Under the pieces are notes generated by a model. It did no database searches. It saw only the letters and a list, made by a program, of their open reading frames with translations, and had not been told where the DNA came from. A DNA stretch of 64,000 bases. It comes from Euglena gracilis. Taxonomy: Eukaryota. Positions 52,348-63,932 of this stretch are shown here, in pieces; within the stretch, counting starts at the first letter, position 1, and the number at the start of each line of letters is the position of its first letter. The stretch spans positions 5,131,955-5,195,954 of the forward strand of contig CP154954.1 of the NCBI GenBank assembly GCA_039621445.1, given 5' to 3'. The position numbers and the translations under genes were made by a program.

Positions 52348-53720
52348 TACTTGCCCCCCCCCCCCGGGGGTGAGTATGATATCGTTAATCTATGGTGCAA
52401 GACGCGTCGCTGACAGCCTCCCCGCTCCCCGGCGATTCCAGGAGGTGGAAAGGTTGAAGAATTTGGGTGAAAGATTGTCTTCAAATTAGAACAAACCATT
52501 GACCCAAAATCTGGGAAATAAGTTGCATCCCCCCCAACACTGTGGACCCCTCCCCGAGCTCCTTTGGGGCCGCTCTTCATCCCCACACCCATGAGCGGGA
52601 GCACACAGCGACCAGCAGTATTGAGTGACCCAGTAACAAGAAGGTCACGAGGACCTGTCAACATATTTTGATTTAATTCTGTACGGATGGATTTCCTTCC
52701 AAGAGTCGACGTTAACCAACCGTCATATCTACACCTATGAGGCTTCTTTCTTTATTAACTTCTATTTATTTGTTTTATCAGTTTAATTAATTTTTTCATT
52801 AGTTTTATAAATTAATTAATTATTGCTTTTACAAAACCGATTTTTTTGAGAATTCGATATCTATGCTCAAGTATTGTACTGAGAAAAACTACCCCAACAC
52901 GCACATGTGTGGTCCATACATCGCAGCTAACAGCCAAAAATTTGACCAAAGCTGGGGGTGCCAGTGGTGAACTTCGGTTGGGAGTTTTCAGATTCTTTCT
53001 TCTCGTGAAGGTTTTTGGGCTATTTAGCTTATTTGTTACTTCCTCATTTGGCTCCTCCTCCCCCAGTGCATACCCCCCCCAGGTGCTTGGTCCCCCACCC
53101 TTTTTTTCATGCCAACCTGGCCCCATGAATTTAGCCCCCAGCCTCTGCTTGCGATATTGGCCCCCTCTTTTCAGGCTCTTCGGCCTGTTTTGCCCTCTCC
53201 CGACAAAAACACACAATACGTTAATTGACCCCCTCCCAAAAGGCTGCCCCCCCCGGTTTCACTTTCAATCGCGGACACGGGGGAGGTACCTCCTAATTCC
53301 AGGTTTCTGAGGGAAAAGAAGGCTCCCCAGCCAGGTCAAGCCGTGGTCCAATGGGGGGGGGGTCCTCTATGTGTCCTCCCCAGGGAGAGACATCGTTGGG
53401 GGACCCCGCAGCAAGGACCTGTTCAGCTCTCTTGCCACCCAGCCCGTTTGGCGCTCCAGGGCACGGATTCATTTAACGCCTGTTTCGCCCACTTGGGACG
53501 GTAATGCGAATGGGTGGGTGGGTAGGGCCTCTGGAACCCCACTGGGGGGGGGGGTGCGTCAAATTTTTTTTGGCTGTTTTATTACAGTCAGCTTGACTGT
53601 TGGCATGCAATTCCATTCTGCTTTCAGTGGAAGGTGTTTCTTTTCCTCGTGTTGGAATTTGTCCGAAATCAGCCAGGCCTCGGTCCAAAGAAACCTCGGT
53701 TCAAAGAAACAAACGTTTGA

Positions 53721-53983
<263 letters not shown>

Positions 53984-55947
53984 AAGTCATCTGTCTTCTA
54001 ATCGGATATTCATTTAGTGACCTCCCCAGGGGGGGGGGCACTTTTCCTTGGGCCCAAACCCACCCCCCCCCTTTTTTCGAAAATTCATCCCCCCCACAAA
54101 CGACCAACCACCCCACCCACCCAAAAACCCTGCCAAATCGGCCGAAAAATGATTAAGAAATTTGCAGCCAAAAATCTGACCCATGGCGCTTCCCACCCCC
54201 TCCCGAGGGGGTCCAGAGGCCCCAACCCACCCACCCACCCAACCTTGAAAACCTACCGACCCTCCCCCCGGAGGTCACACAGGTACCAAGTGAATCTATG
54301 CTTCTGGTGCCAGTCCATAGTCACGCACATGAAGCATAATTCAGAGGGAAATAATTTCGATGTGTGAGGCAAGGACAAGCGCAACCATCGCAGCTGGTGG
54401 AGCAATCACAAATCACAGGAAATTGGCAAGGATGTGTGTGAAGCGCCGGAGGAATCCCGTGCCAAAAGCAAATATATGACAGACGTGGTGCGCAAGAATG
54501 CAATCCCCCACTTCTTGCGAAACATGATGAGAAGAATTAACTGGGAATGCAAAGGTTGGTAACCCCCTTTGCCCATTATGATGCATTATTGTGCTGCAGT
54601 TTATTTTTTGTAAATTTGCGTACCCTACCACTGAAGGCAGCAGTCATAAAAGCGCACGCTCCCTTTGGGATTGAAAATGTAAAAATCCATAAAAACTAGG
54701 CATTGAAACAACACAATATGGAACTCTGTACTGATGTATGCAATGTGGTTGATCATGCCATTGATTCAGTTCACAGGTTTGAGAAAACTGGAGAGTTTGC
54801 GAGGACTGTGGCTCTCAATTCTGAGTAGCTCCATTAAACTGAGAATTGTGAAAAATAATCACCACCTTCTGCCACCCTTGCCTCAGATACAGCAATCTTC
54901 TCTAAATATGCCGCTGACAGGTGCCAAATGCCACAGCCCAAAAGGGAGGACCCAATAATTTTGTTTCCCTGGGACAATTTCAAAGCTGTTGCAGAAGAGT
55001 CACAGATACGTTGCAGAGTTGCAGAATGTCCTGCCTTGGTGCCAACCATTCTACAACATCAACTCGTATCTCTCTGCTCATTGGCAAAACTATCAAATTG
55101 ATTGGCTATCCCCCCGGCCACCTGGCTAGCGCAAGCTTAGGTGGCACCTTCCCAGGCATGAAAGCAGCCCCGGATTCACCCAGTGACCCCACCCGGAGGG
55201 ACACTTTTCCCAGGGCCCAACCCCCACCCACAAATTATCACAAAAAAGTCGAAAAAATCGAAAAAAATTGTCCAAAAAAAAAAACGATGTTTTTTTTGGC
55301 GTCCCGGACGCGGAAAACCTGTTTTTTTTAGGCGAAAATGAGCGTTTTTCGACCTCCCAGCACCCCGTTTTTGGCCCGAAACCCATGGAGTTTGGGTCAA
55401 AAGTGGTCAAAAAAAGTCGGCAAAATCGAGGGAAAAAAATGTCCGAAACAATGTTTTTTGGCCTCCCGCCCACCCACCCACCCACGACACCCTACCCCGG
55501 GGGGGGGGGCAAAATCGCCCACCCACCCACCCAAAACCCAGCCAAACCCCCTCCCATGCCAGGGCTGTGTGGGAAATCTCGAAGCCTGACAGGTGGCCCC
55601 ACCTGCGATCACGGTGGCTGACAGCCTTGTTATAGCTTATGGCGGGGAGAGGGCAAGTTTTCATAATTTGTGTAATTTTCATTTTCTTTTGCAGAATCCA
55701 AATCATGAAAATTGCATTTTTTTTTGTGTGTCGGTCTCACTTTCTTTGGGGGGAAGCTAAGCTGCAACGTTTTTCTTCCCAAAGGTTCGCCACCCCCCCG
55801 TCGGGCCGCTGGCCACCAGCAGAGGCTCCACTCTCAACCCACCTTAAAGCCCCGAAGGAAGCACCCCACCGGCAAACCATTGTGCGTTGGCAAGCCCCAG
55901 CGAGTTGCCCCCTCCTCCCCGCCCCTGCCCCCCCCCCCAGCGCCCGC

Positions 55948-58900
55948 ATGTCCCACCCGTACTACGCCGCCCCGGCGGCCCCGGCCCCCGCGCCGTACTC
56001 CACCGTGTACGCGCCGCAGGCCGCTGCCCACGGCCAGGGCTAGGGCTGGATGGCAGCCCCTCCGCGTCCTGGACGGGAGGTGCAAACGGGTTTTTTTTGT
56101 TTTTTTTTGTTGGCTTGATGTTTTCTGCTTTTTTTTTGAAAATTGAAAAATAAAATAGAATAAAAAATAAATTAAAAGAATTGCCAAAAATCTGACGAAT
56201 TTTTTTGGGGCAAATTCTCTGCAAAAATTTTGCCCCCATTATCCACATTTTTTTTATTCCTGCTTTTGCATCGCGTTTTTTCCGGGGGCCCATGTTGCGT
56301 CCCCTCCGGTGGTGGTGGTGAGCGGTCCTTCAGCCCACCGCCCACCACTGTGCCAGTGGGGGTGCCCCCCCCCCCCGGGCCCTGCCCCCAGCGCCCCGTA
56401 CGCCCCGGGGGGCTCGTCGTCCCTCGCCGCCATCGACAAGGAGATGCAGTCCCTCCGCTCCAACCTCGACATCCTCGTCCGCAAGCGGGAGGCCCTCGCG
56501 CAGCCCGGCCCCAGCGGGGGCTCCAGATGATCGCTTGGGCACTGGTCGACCCCTTGGCCGGGGGAATTGGTGGGCTGGTTGTTGTTGATGCGGGGAAAGA
56601 AAGCTAAAAGTCACACAAAAATAATTAAAGAATTTTTGTTTTTTTTGTTTTTTTCTGCTCTTTTTTTTTCTCTGCCCTTTTTTATCTTTTTTTTTTTTGG
56701 GGCCCCATTTTCCACTCTTTTTTTTGTCCCACCGCACACTGCCAGTGGGGGGCCCCCCCCTGCCCCCAGCGCCCGGGACGCCCCTCGTCTCGCGGCCATC
56801 CAAGGAGATGCAGTCCCTCCGCTCCAACCTCGACATCCTCGCGCACGGGAGGCCTCGCGCAGCCCCCCAGCGGATCGTCATTTCGTCTTGTTTTTGGCCT
56901 GGTTGTTGTGGAAAAAAGGGACTACCAAAGTCACACACGGGCAAAGTGAACAAGGGGGAGGAAGGGAGAACATGGGGGAAAAGCGCTGTTGCAGCAGCTG
57001 TTTTTTTTTGTCTTGGTGTGTTTTGGTTCTTTTTCATGGAAAAGAAATTTCAAACTCTGCGGCGGATCTCACATTTGGCATAGTTGGCTTGTTCGCAAAA
57101 GAAAATGCGCAAAGGAACCCAAATTTTTTCCTGTGCAACGCAGTGTCCTCCCCAGTACCTCCCGCCCCCCCAAGCCCAATGAACAATAAGGTGACAATCT
57201 AGACCGTCCAAACGGGGAGTGTTCATTGGGCTTGGGGTACGGTTTCTGTGTAGATAACAGGGAATTTCTTAAGGACCCCCGGGGGGGGGGGGGCCAGCCT
57301 CCGGCTGGGAAAAAGGGGGCTGGGTGGATTTGAGCTGCTGGCTGGACCCCCCCCCCCGGGGGGGTGGGGGGGGGGCCCAGCCGGCCGAAGGCCGGCCCAG
57401 CCGGCCGCAGGCCGACCAGCCAACTGGGCTGTCCAGCTCACTTATCCCTGCATTTTTTCCCCTCATCACAGCCCCTCCATCGCAGCCCCCCAGCCTTGAT
57501 CTAGCTCCACCCATCAAAATGTCGAAAATGGCAAAAATGTGTTAGAAAATTTTGTTTTTCCTCGACCCAGCCCAGCCCAGCCTGCTCCAGCCCCGGACCC
57601 CGGCCTCCGGCCGGGCTGGACCCGACTTTATTTCACTCGACCCCGGGGGGGGGGCTCCCAGCCCGAATTTGGGCTGCTGGCTGGATTTGAGCTGCTGGCT
57701 GGCTGGACCCCCCCCCCCGGGGGGTAGGGTACCCTCCGGCTTAAGAAATTCCCTGGTAGATAAGGTATATGGTGACAATCTAGACGGTCCGAACACCCCC
57801 TGTTCATTGGGCAAGGGTGTTCATTAGGCATGGGGGGGGGAGGTATGTACATTGTCCGTCTTGCTCGTCTCTCCCCAATCAAGCTCCACCACTGTAGTTT
57901 AACCGTCCTGGCACCCCCCACATATTCATTTACCGCCTACAATAACCCCGCAGAGTTTGACAGAAGGAGGCTGGTGGAGGAGGGGGTGCATCCGCCCTTA
58001 TTATTGAGCGTTACATTATCATCATCATTATCATTAAGGAATTGTTGCAGCATCCCCCCAGCACCGGGGCCCAAAAACGGTCATTCTCCAGGAAAATGGC
58101 TTGGGTCGGGCAGGGGCCAGGATATATAAGTGAGCATTGGTTTTGCGCAAGTCGGGGAGTCCAGACCACTGGACCAGGGGGGCCCCGGGTCCAGATTGAC
58201 CCCGGTGGGGGAAGAAAAATTTTTTTTCAGCCGACTCTACCCCACCCTCGTGGTCCAGCCAGCTAGCCAGCAGTTTTTTTCCCCAGCCAGCAGCTCCGAG
58301 CCAGGCTGTGGACTAGAGCAATAAACTTTTCGAGTAAAGCAGGCTGGACCGAATTTTTTCTTTCGGCCCAAAGGGGTCAAAAATCAAAACGGCCGAAGAT
58401 AGCATTCTTAAGTGGTTTTGGCGATTTCACCTCAAAAATTTGGCTGAAAATACTCCAACCGGTTTGGGCTTTTCCCCGCCTGTTTCCAGGTGCCACTCAT
58501 GTCCAGCCTGGCAGCCAGTGACACCCCCCCCCCCCCCCCCCTAAACCCCCGACCCCTAGGGGGGAGGGGGAGGGATTCAACCAGCACCTTTTTCCAGCCG
58601 GCCTCCCCAAAAGTCAAAATTTTCCTTCCGGTGCTTGTGCCGACAACTTTTGGCTTTTTAGAAGAATTCCGCCCAAAAAGTGCCCAAAGCCACACGTTTA
58701 GGGGCAAAATTATTTGGCCCGCAAAGATCAGTCACGCAGACAGTGCCACTATACAGGGTTTGTGTAGAGAGTGGTCCGACCCCCCCCCACCCCCCCTTGT
58801 ATCGAACCCTGCCAGGTTTGAACCCCCCCATTGCGGGTCGTGTGTGTTGGGATTTCAAAAAAAAAGTGGGTGGATTTGGGCCATACCATTGCTTAAGGTC

Positions 58901-61900
58901 CGTCCCCCCCGGGGGGACTGACTGGGTTTTTTTTGCAGTGAGTGACTGGTTTTTGCACATATGGCATAAAGTGGAGCCCCACAGTCGAGTGTGGGGTACT
59001 GTGGGGGGTAAGTGTCGGGGGGGGGGAGTGTGCGGGGTAAGTGTGGGGTGACAGCGGGGGGGAGTGTGGGGGGGGGTGTGGGGTGACAGTAGGGGGGAGT
59101 GTGGGGGGTAAGTGTGGGGGGGAGTGTGGGGGGTAAGTGTGGGGTGACATGGGGTGGGAGTGTGGGGGGTAAGTGTGGGGTGACAGTGGGGGGGGAGTCA
59201 ATCTGGTCTAAATTCTGTCCACGCCTTTCGATCCTAGTGTACTTTATACCGGCTGTCACTACTGCACCAGATCACACACCCACGGCCGAAACTCCTCCCA
59301 CATGAGAGCGCACCTGCCCCTGAAGGGTTTTGTTCACTTGCCGCTATTTTCTATCTTCGTTTTCGGAAGATAAGGATTTTGATAATTTGGATCTGGGGGG
59401 GGTCCGGGGGGAGCATGCCCCCCCCCGGGACGAGGCCGAAGGCCAAGTGAGTCAAAAAATGACACTCAAACGTTGGGCCACATGCAGGAATCTGGCAATT
59501 TCCTTTTCACACAAAAGGGGAGTGTGGGGGGTAAGTGTGGGGTGACAGTGGGGGGGAGTGTGTGGGGTGACAGTGGGGGTGTGGGGTATCCCACAGTACT
59601 GCGGGGTACTGTGGGGGCTCCACTTTATGCCATCTCTCGGTTTTTGGCTCCAGACCCCCCCCACCCGGGGTGGTGGGTTGGCCCTGGGGGGGTCACTTCC
59701 CTCTTTCAACCCCCCCCCCCCAAGGCCCCAGGGGGTCACTCTGCCTCAGCCAAAAATGGCCTAAAATCGACGAGTGTTGGCCAACCTGTCCCAAACATTT
59801 TTTCTTACAACTTCCCCGCCCCCCCCCCCCCCCGGGAGGGGGGTGCGTAAGCAAGCATGATTTGGGTCCCGGAAAAGTTGCCCCGGGGGTTACGAAGTGA
59901 GTCTATGACCCCCTCCCCCCCACGAAGTGCCCTCCCTCTTGGGTGGAGCGGGGCTGGCCTCCGAGGCGGAGCGCAGCCGCCTCATCAGCAAGCGCCAGGC
60001 GGAGGAGCTGCAGAAGCTGGAGCACGAAGGCCAGAAGATGGTGGAGGCCCCGCCGGCGCCTGGGTCCGGATATTTGTGCGCAGATGCACGTGACGAACGA
60101 GCAGGTACATGCACGTGTGCAGCGTAGAAATACGTCACCATCCCCTCACACAGTTGAACAAAAACCAACCCCAGAACCTTGTGATTTACCACGGATAACA
60201 ACAGAATAGCCCGAAACCACCCAATACAACAAACCACAGATACCGACGGATATCTTCGGACAGCGACAGAGAAGATTTTGACCCCCAACTACAGATAAGT
60301 CCCTGCATATAGAACGGTACAAAGAAGCATGCGTGCTTCTTTGTCATGCCATGCATCGTATGTCATGCATGTCATGCCATGCATGTCATGCATGCTTTGT
60401 ATGTCATGCATGTCATGTCATGCATGGCATGCATGCTTTGTTTTTTTTGTGCTGTTTTTGCTTTTCTGCCTGCAACAATTTGCACACCCACACTCAGACC
60501 GGCGGAAAATCACGCAACGTTTTCTGCGCCCCGCCGTTGCAGGCGCCGGGGGGATTGGGATCCGGGAGCGGCTGCAACGGGAGCGGGAACTGTGGAAGGA
60601 GCGGGCGGAGCGGGAGGCCCAGGAAGCCCGGCTGCGCTCCCACCGGGGCCGTCCCTGTGGCCGCCCCTGTGGTGCACGCAGGCCACGGGCAAGCACACAT
60701 GGTCCCCGCCAGAGGCTTTTTTTCAGGACCGGGGGGGGGGTCGGACCCACCCCCCGTCCCCGGGCGGGGGGGGGGGGGTCTCGGGGGGCCAACTTATAGG
60801 GGGTCAATTTTGGGGTCCAAAAAATTCTGTTTTCGGCGCTTTTTGAAATTCGATTTTCGTGCTTTTCAGAATTCGATTTTCGGCGCAAAGCGCTGAAAAT
60901 AAAAAAAACCCGCCTCCGGCGGGATACCCACTGGGCCCGACCCCCCCCCCCCACCCGGGGATGGGACCCACCCACCAACCCCCCCCAGGCCACAAAACTC
61001 AGGAAAATATCTGGTCCCTGCCACCCAAGAATTAGTCCCACAAAATCTGTACGCTGCCCCCTGTACTCGTGTTCTTGTCCTCTTGGGATCTTTGTTTTTG
61101 AAAGCACTTTCGTGATTCGACACATAAAACGGTCTACACTCCAAACTGGAGGTTGCCATTCGGGCTTGCATTTGCTTGGTTGTGATGTTGGGATGCTACA
61201 ACCTCCGTTTGTTCTCGCTGTCTTGTCACGGGACAGTTTCTGACGGGGGCTGCCATGTAACACAATTATGCAAACAATGTTTTTTTGATCTTTTTGATCT
61301 TCAACTTTTTATTTTATGTTTTGATTCTTCTGAAACACCGCTTTGGCCAGGTTCGCGCTGGTTGCCGAGGCGGACAGCCCTCCCGTGTGTGACCGTGCAG
61401 GAGCAGGAGCGGGACCTGGAGCGGCTCGCTCGGGAGCGCGCCGCGGACCGACACCGGGAGGAGGTCTCCCGCTATGCCCCCCGGGAGCCGCCCGCCCGCC
61501 GCGGCTACGAGGCCCCTCCTGCGCGGGCAGCGGCCTGCGTCCGTGTGGTTTTTCCTTTTTTTTTGGAAGAGAACACAACTCTTTTTTTTAGTGTTTTTTT
61601 TTAGTGTTTTTTTTAGTGTTTTTTTAAGTGTTTTTTTTTTAGTTTTTTTAGTGTTTTTTTTAGTGTTTTTTTTAGTGTTTTTTTAGTACATCCGTTTTGT
61701 TAAAATTCGCTTCGTTTTGATGACACTGAGCGGGGGATTTTGAAACAAAAATTATGCAAACTTTTGGTTGGTTTTGTTTTTAACAGATCCCACCCGGAGT
61801 GTGGAGAACTTTATGGGAGGTTGGTGGAGTTTTTTGTTGTGTGTTTTTTGTTTTTTTTTTGGAAGTTTTTTTTTTTTTAAGTGTTTTTTTGTTTTTTATT

Positions 61901-63932
61901 TTTTTTTTATGTTTTGTTTTTTTTGTTTTTTTTTTTTTTTTTTGTGTTTTTTGTGTTTTTTTTAGTACTTCGTGTTTGTTAAAATTTTTTTGTGGCTTTG
62001 TTTTTTTTTTGTTTTTTTATTTTTTTTTATTCGTTTTTTTTTTTTTTATTTTTTTTTTTTTTTGTACGTTTCCCTCGCTGGTCTAAAGAGACGCTCCGTT
62101 GGATTTTCCCCTGGGGTTTTTTGTTGCAGAAGATCCTGCCTGTGTGGGTGTGATGGTACTAATACAGCGATGCCCCAGGTGTGCAATAGCCCACGTGCTG
62201 TAGTGCACCGGAATGCAATGCACTTTGTGGAGCTGCAGCTGCAAGGATGCCAGTGTCAGGAAATGGTCATTTTTTTCATTTTTTTTGCTTTCTCCCAATC
62301 CACTAATCCACTGGAAGTTGAATGTGCTGCGGGTGCTGAAGAACAATGTGCTGTGGGGTGCTGCCTGGCTTGGACCGCATTCGCCCTCACGGCTTGGAGT
62401 ATGAGCGGAGTCATGCTTGTGCCAACAGCCAAACCATCGGTGGTTTCCTCCTTCCCTGTGCTTAGGAAATGGTTCCCGATACCATCTGCTGTTTTGTAAC
62501 TCCGGATCAGAGGCCGGGAACGGCAGGGGCTTTCAGCCAGCAGTTCCCAGCCCAATTGCGGACTCGGACTGCGAGACTTGGGCTTTCCCCCCTTTTTTTG
62601 GCAGATTTTTTTCCCCCAGCCGGTCCAACCAGGCAGCCAGCCCCTGGGGGGGGGGGGTTCCAGCCAGCGCCTCTTTTCTTTTTACATCCAGACAACTTTT
62701 TTCAGCCAGCAGGCTGGATTGTGCGGAGCTGTCACATCACAGGCAGGCATCGGAGAGCCTGACATTTTCCTGAGTCTTGAAAAGTCTTTGGGCATACCCC
62801 CCCTTTAGATCCATTTTTGGCCACCTCCAAGCAACCTTCCCTGGATTGGCGTGAAAGTTGGATAAAACAATGTCTCTGATTTCTGAAGGACCCAGAGGGG
62901 GTAGGCGACCCCAGAAAATGGTCCCTTTGGGGTCTGTTGACTCGTCATGTTCGAAATTCCATTTGTAAGAATCGTACCCCCCCCCCCCTATTCCAACGAC
63001 CCCGTGTCTGACGACCCGGCGCGAAGCGCCGGCCTGAAAACTTTGCCGCCCAAAATCCTCCAAAGAATGCCCTCTGGAGCACTTTTTGGGCAAAAAAGTG
63101 TCATAAATGCAAAAAAAATGCAAAGCGCTGAAAGGAAAAAAATGACTATTTTTGGGTCCCCCCCGTCCACATATTTTTGGATTCCAAAACCATTTTGTCC
63201 AACGGCCGACCCCCCTAGTCGGAGGACCCTACGTCCAGGGACCCTCCGGTCATTACCGGTCGGTAGACACGCTGGGGAGAGTGGCTGAAGTTGCAATCCA
63301 GTTGTGTGCCGGCCGACGTGTCAGGTGAGAAGTTCTCTGGGGGGGTTAGGTACGAGGAGTGGGTGGTGCGCCGTGGTTGCTCTCCAGTCCGGCCCGCTCG
63401 CTCACGCACGGCCCCGTCGGGGAGGAGCGGCCACGGCTGCCGGACCGCGACCGCGACTATGACGATCGCCCCCGGGAGTTTGACTACGGGAAGGGGAAGG
63501 GGAAGGGCGATGCCGGGGCCGCCTTTCACGAAGATATGGGCTCTCCACCGTCGTTGTTGGGCTGGAGTGGAGTGCTGTGTCGTGGCGTGTCGTGTTGCGT
63601 TGCATCATATCGTGCAGTGTCGTGTCGACGCGGAGTGGTGTTTCGTGTCGTGGTGCCGTGTCCCGTCACGTCGTTTCGTGTTGTGTCGTGCCGTGTTGTG
63701 TCATGTCGTGTAGTGTAATGTCGGGCGTTGTGTCGCAGTGTGTTGTGGTGTGGTGTGGTGTGGTGTGGTGTGTCGTGCTGTGCCTTCATCAGGTTGAGAA
63801 TTATGAGTGTCTTTCTTCCCATGCTAGCCACAAAGAGAAAGGCTACCCCCTGGAGGCAAAGGCAAAGGCAAGGGCGACTTCGGCAGTCGTGGGGAGTACC
63901 GCAGCCGACCGGAATACGACAGCCAGGGGTGA
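55948..63932 (+). CDS. Multi-exon gene D: Pro/Ala/Tyr-rich N-terminus, E/R-rich coiled coil, DR and KG repeats; exons 55948-56031, 56390-56497, 59963-60046, 60557-60637, 61395-61520, 63410-63508, 63858-63920/63932; may continue past the window
   Basis: Spliced peptide MSHPYYAAPAAPAPAPYSTVYAPQAAAH|SAPYAPGGSSSLAAIDKEMQSLRSNLDILVRKREAL|EAERSRLISKRQAEELQKLEHEGQKMVE|GIRERLQRERELWKERAEREAQEARLR|VQEQERDLERLARER...YEAPP|GPVGEERPRLPDRDRDYDDRPREFDYGKGKGKG|KGKGKGDFGSRGEYRSRPEYD. Strong GC3 bias; every intron has complementary ends and none is GT-AG. Confidence 0.8.
56032..56389 (+). other. Nonconventional intron (gene D intron 1)
   Basis: GGC-CAGGGC ... GCCCTG-CCCCC; in-frame TAG inside, so it must be removed. 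Confidence 0.88.
56727..56872 (+). pseudogene. Degenerate tandem copy of gene D exon 2 with flanks
   Basis: AAGGAGATGCAGTCCCTCCGCTCCAACCTCGACATCCTC is repeated from ~56438-56476, with many small deletions around it. Confidence 0.85.
57158..57843. mobile_element. TA-target MITE, poly-C TIR family, host of a nested hAT-like MITE
   Basis: TA-CCTCCCGCCCCCC..CCAATGAACA ... TGTTCATTAGGCATGGGGGGGGGAGG-TA; internal repeat GGTGACAATCTAGAC x2. Confidence 0.8.
57258..57755. mobile_element. hAT-like MITE with perfect 16-bp TIR and 8-bp TSD
   Basis: TIR CAGGGAATTTCTTAAG / CTTAAGAAATTCCCTG; TSD GTAGATAA at 57250-57257 and 57756-57763. Confidence 0.95.
58882..59859. mobile_element. hAT-like MITE, CATACCATTGCTTA family
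   Basis: CATACCATTGCTTA / TAAGCAAGCATG; flanks ATTTGGGC / ATTTGGGT (7/8); internal GTGTGGGG arrays. Confidence 0.8.
60047..60556 (+). other. Nonconventional intron (gene D intron 3)
   Basis: GCC-CCGCCGGCGCCTG ... CAGGCGCCGGGG-GGATT, 10-bp perfect stem; joins MVE|GIR. Confidence 0.85.
60638..61394 (+). other. Nonconventional intron (gene D intron 4)
   Basis: TCC-CACCGGGGCCGTCC ... GGACAGCCCTCCCGTGTG-TGACC; joins RLR|VQE. Confidence 0.7.
60710..61013. mobile_element. hAT-like MITE (CAG...CTG) with 8-bp TSD
   Basis: CAGAGGCTTTT / AAAATATCTG (imperfect); flanks GTCCCCGC / GTCCCTGC (7/8). Confidence 0.7.
61550..62065. repeat. T-rich low-complexity tract including (T)nAGTG repeats
   Basis: Directly visible. 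Confidence 0.9.
62977..63350. mobile_element. Probable TA-target MITE, poly-C TIR family
   Basis: TA(C)nTATTCCAACGACC resembles the end of 39357-39974; right end GGGGGGGTTAGG-TA is degenerate. Confidence 0.5.
63509..63857 (+). other. Nonconventional intron (gene D intron 6)
   Basis: CCGGGGCCGCCTTTC ... GAAAGGCTACCCCCTGG complementary ends; splits the KG repeat; boundary uncertain by 1 nt; contains a GTGTC repeat. Confidence 0.75.

Larger units (their letters stand above)
56498..59962 (+). other. Long nonconventional intron (gene D intron 2, ~3.5 kb)
   Basis: GCG-CAGCCC ... GGGCTG-GCCTCC; CTG lies 1 nt further from the end than consensus; joins REAL|EAER. Confidence 0.65.
61521..63409 (+). 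other. Nonconventional intron (gene D intron 5)
   Basis: GCGCGGGCAGCGGCC ... GGCCCGCTCGCTCACGCAC complementary ends; joins APP|GPV in frame. Confidence 0.6.
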
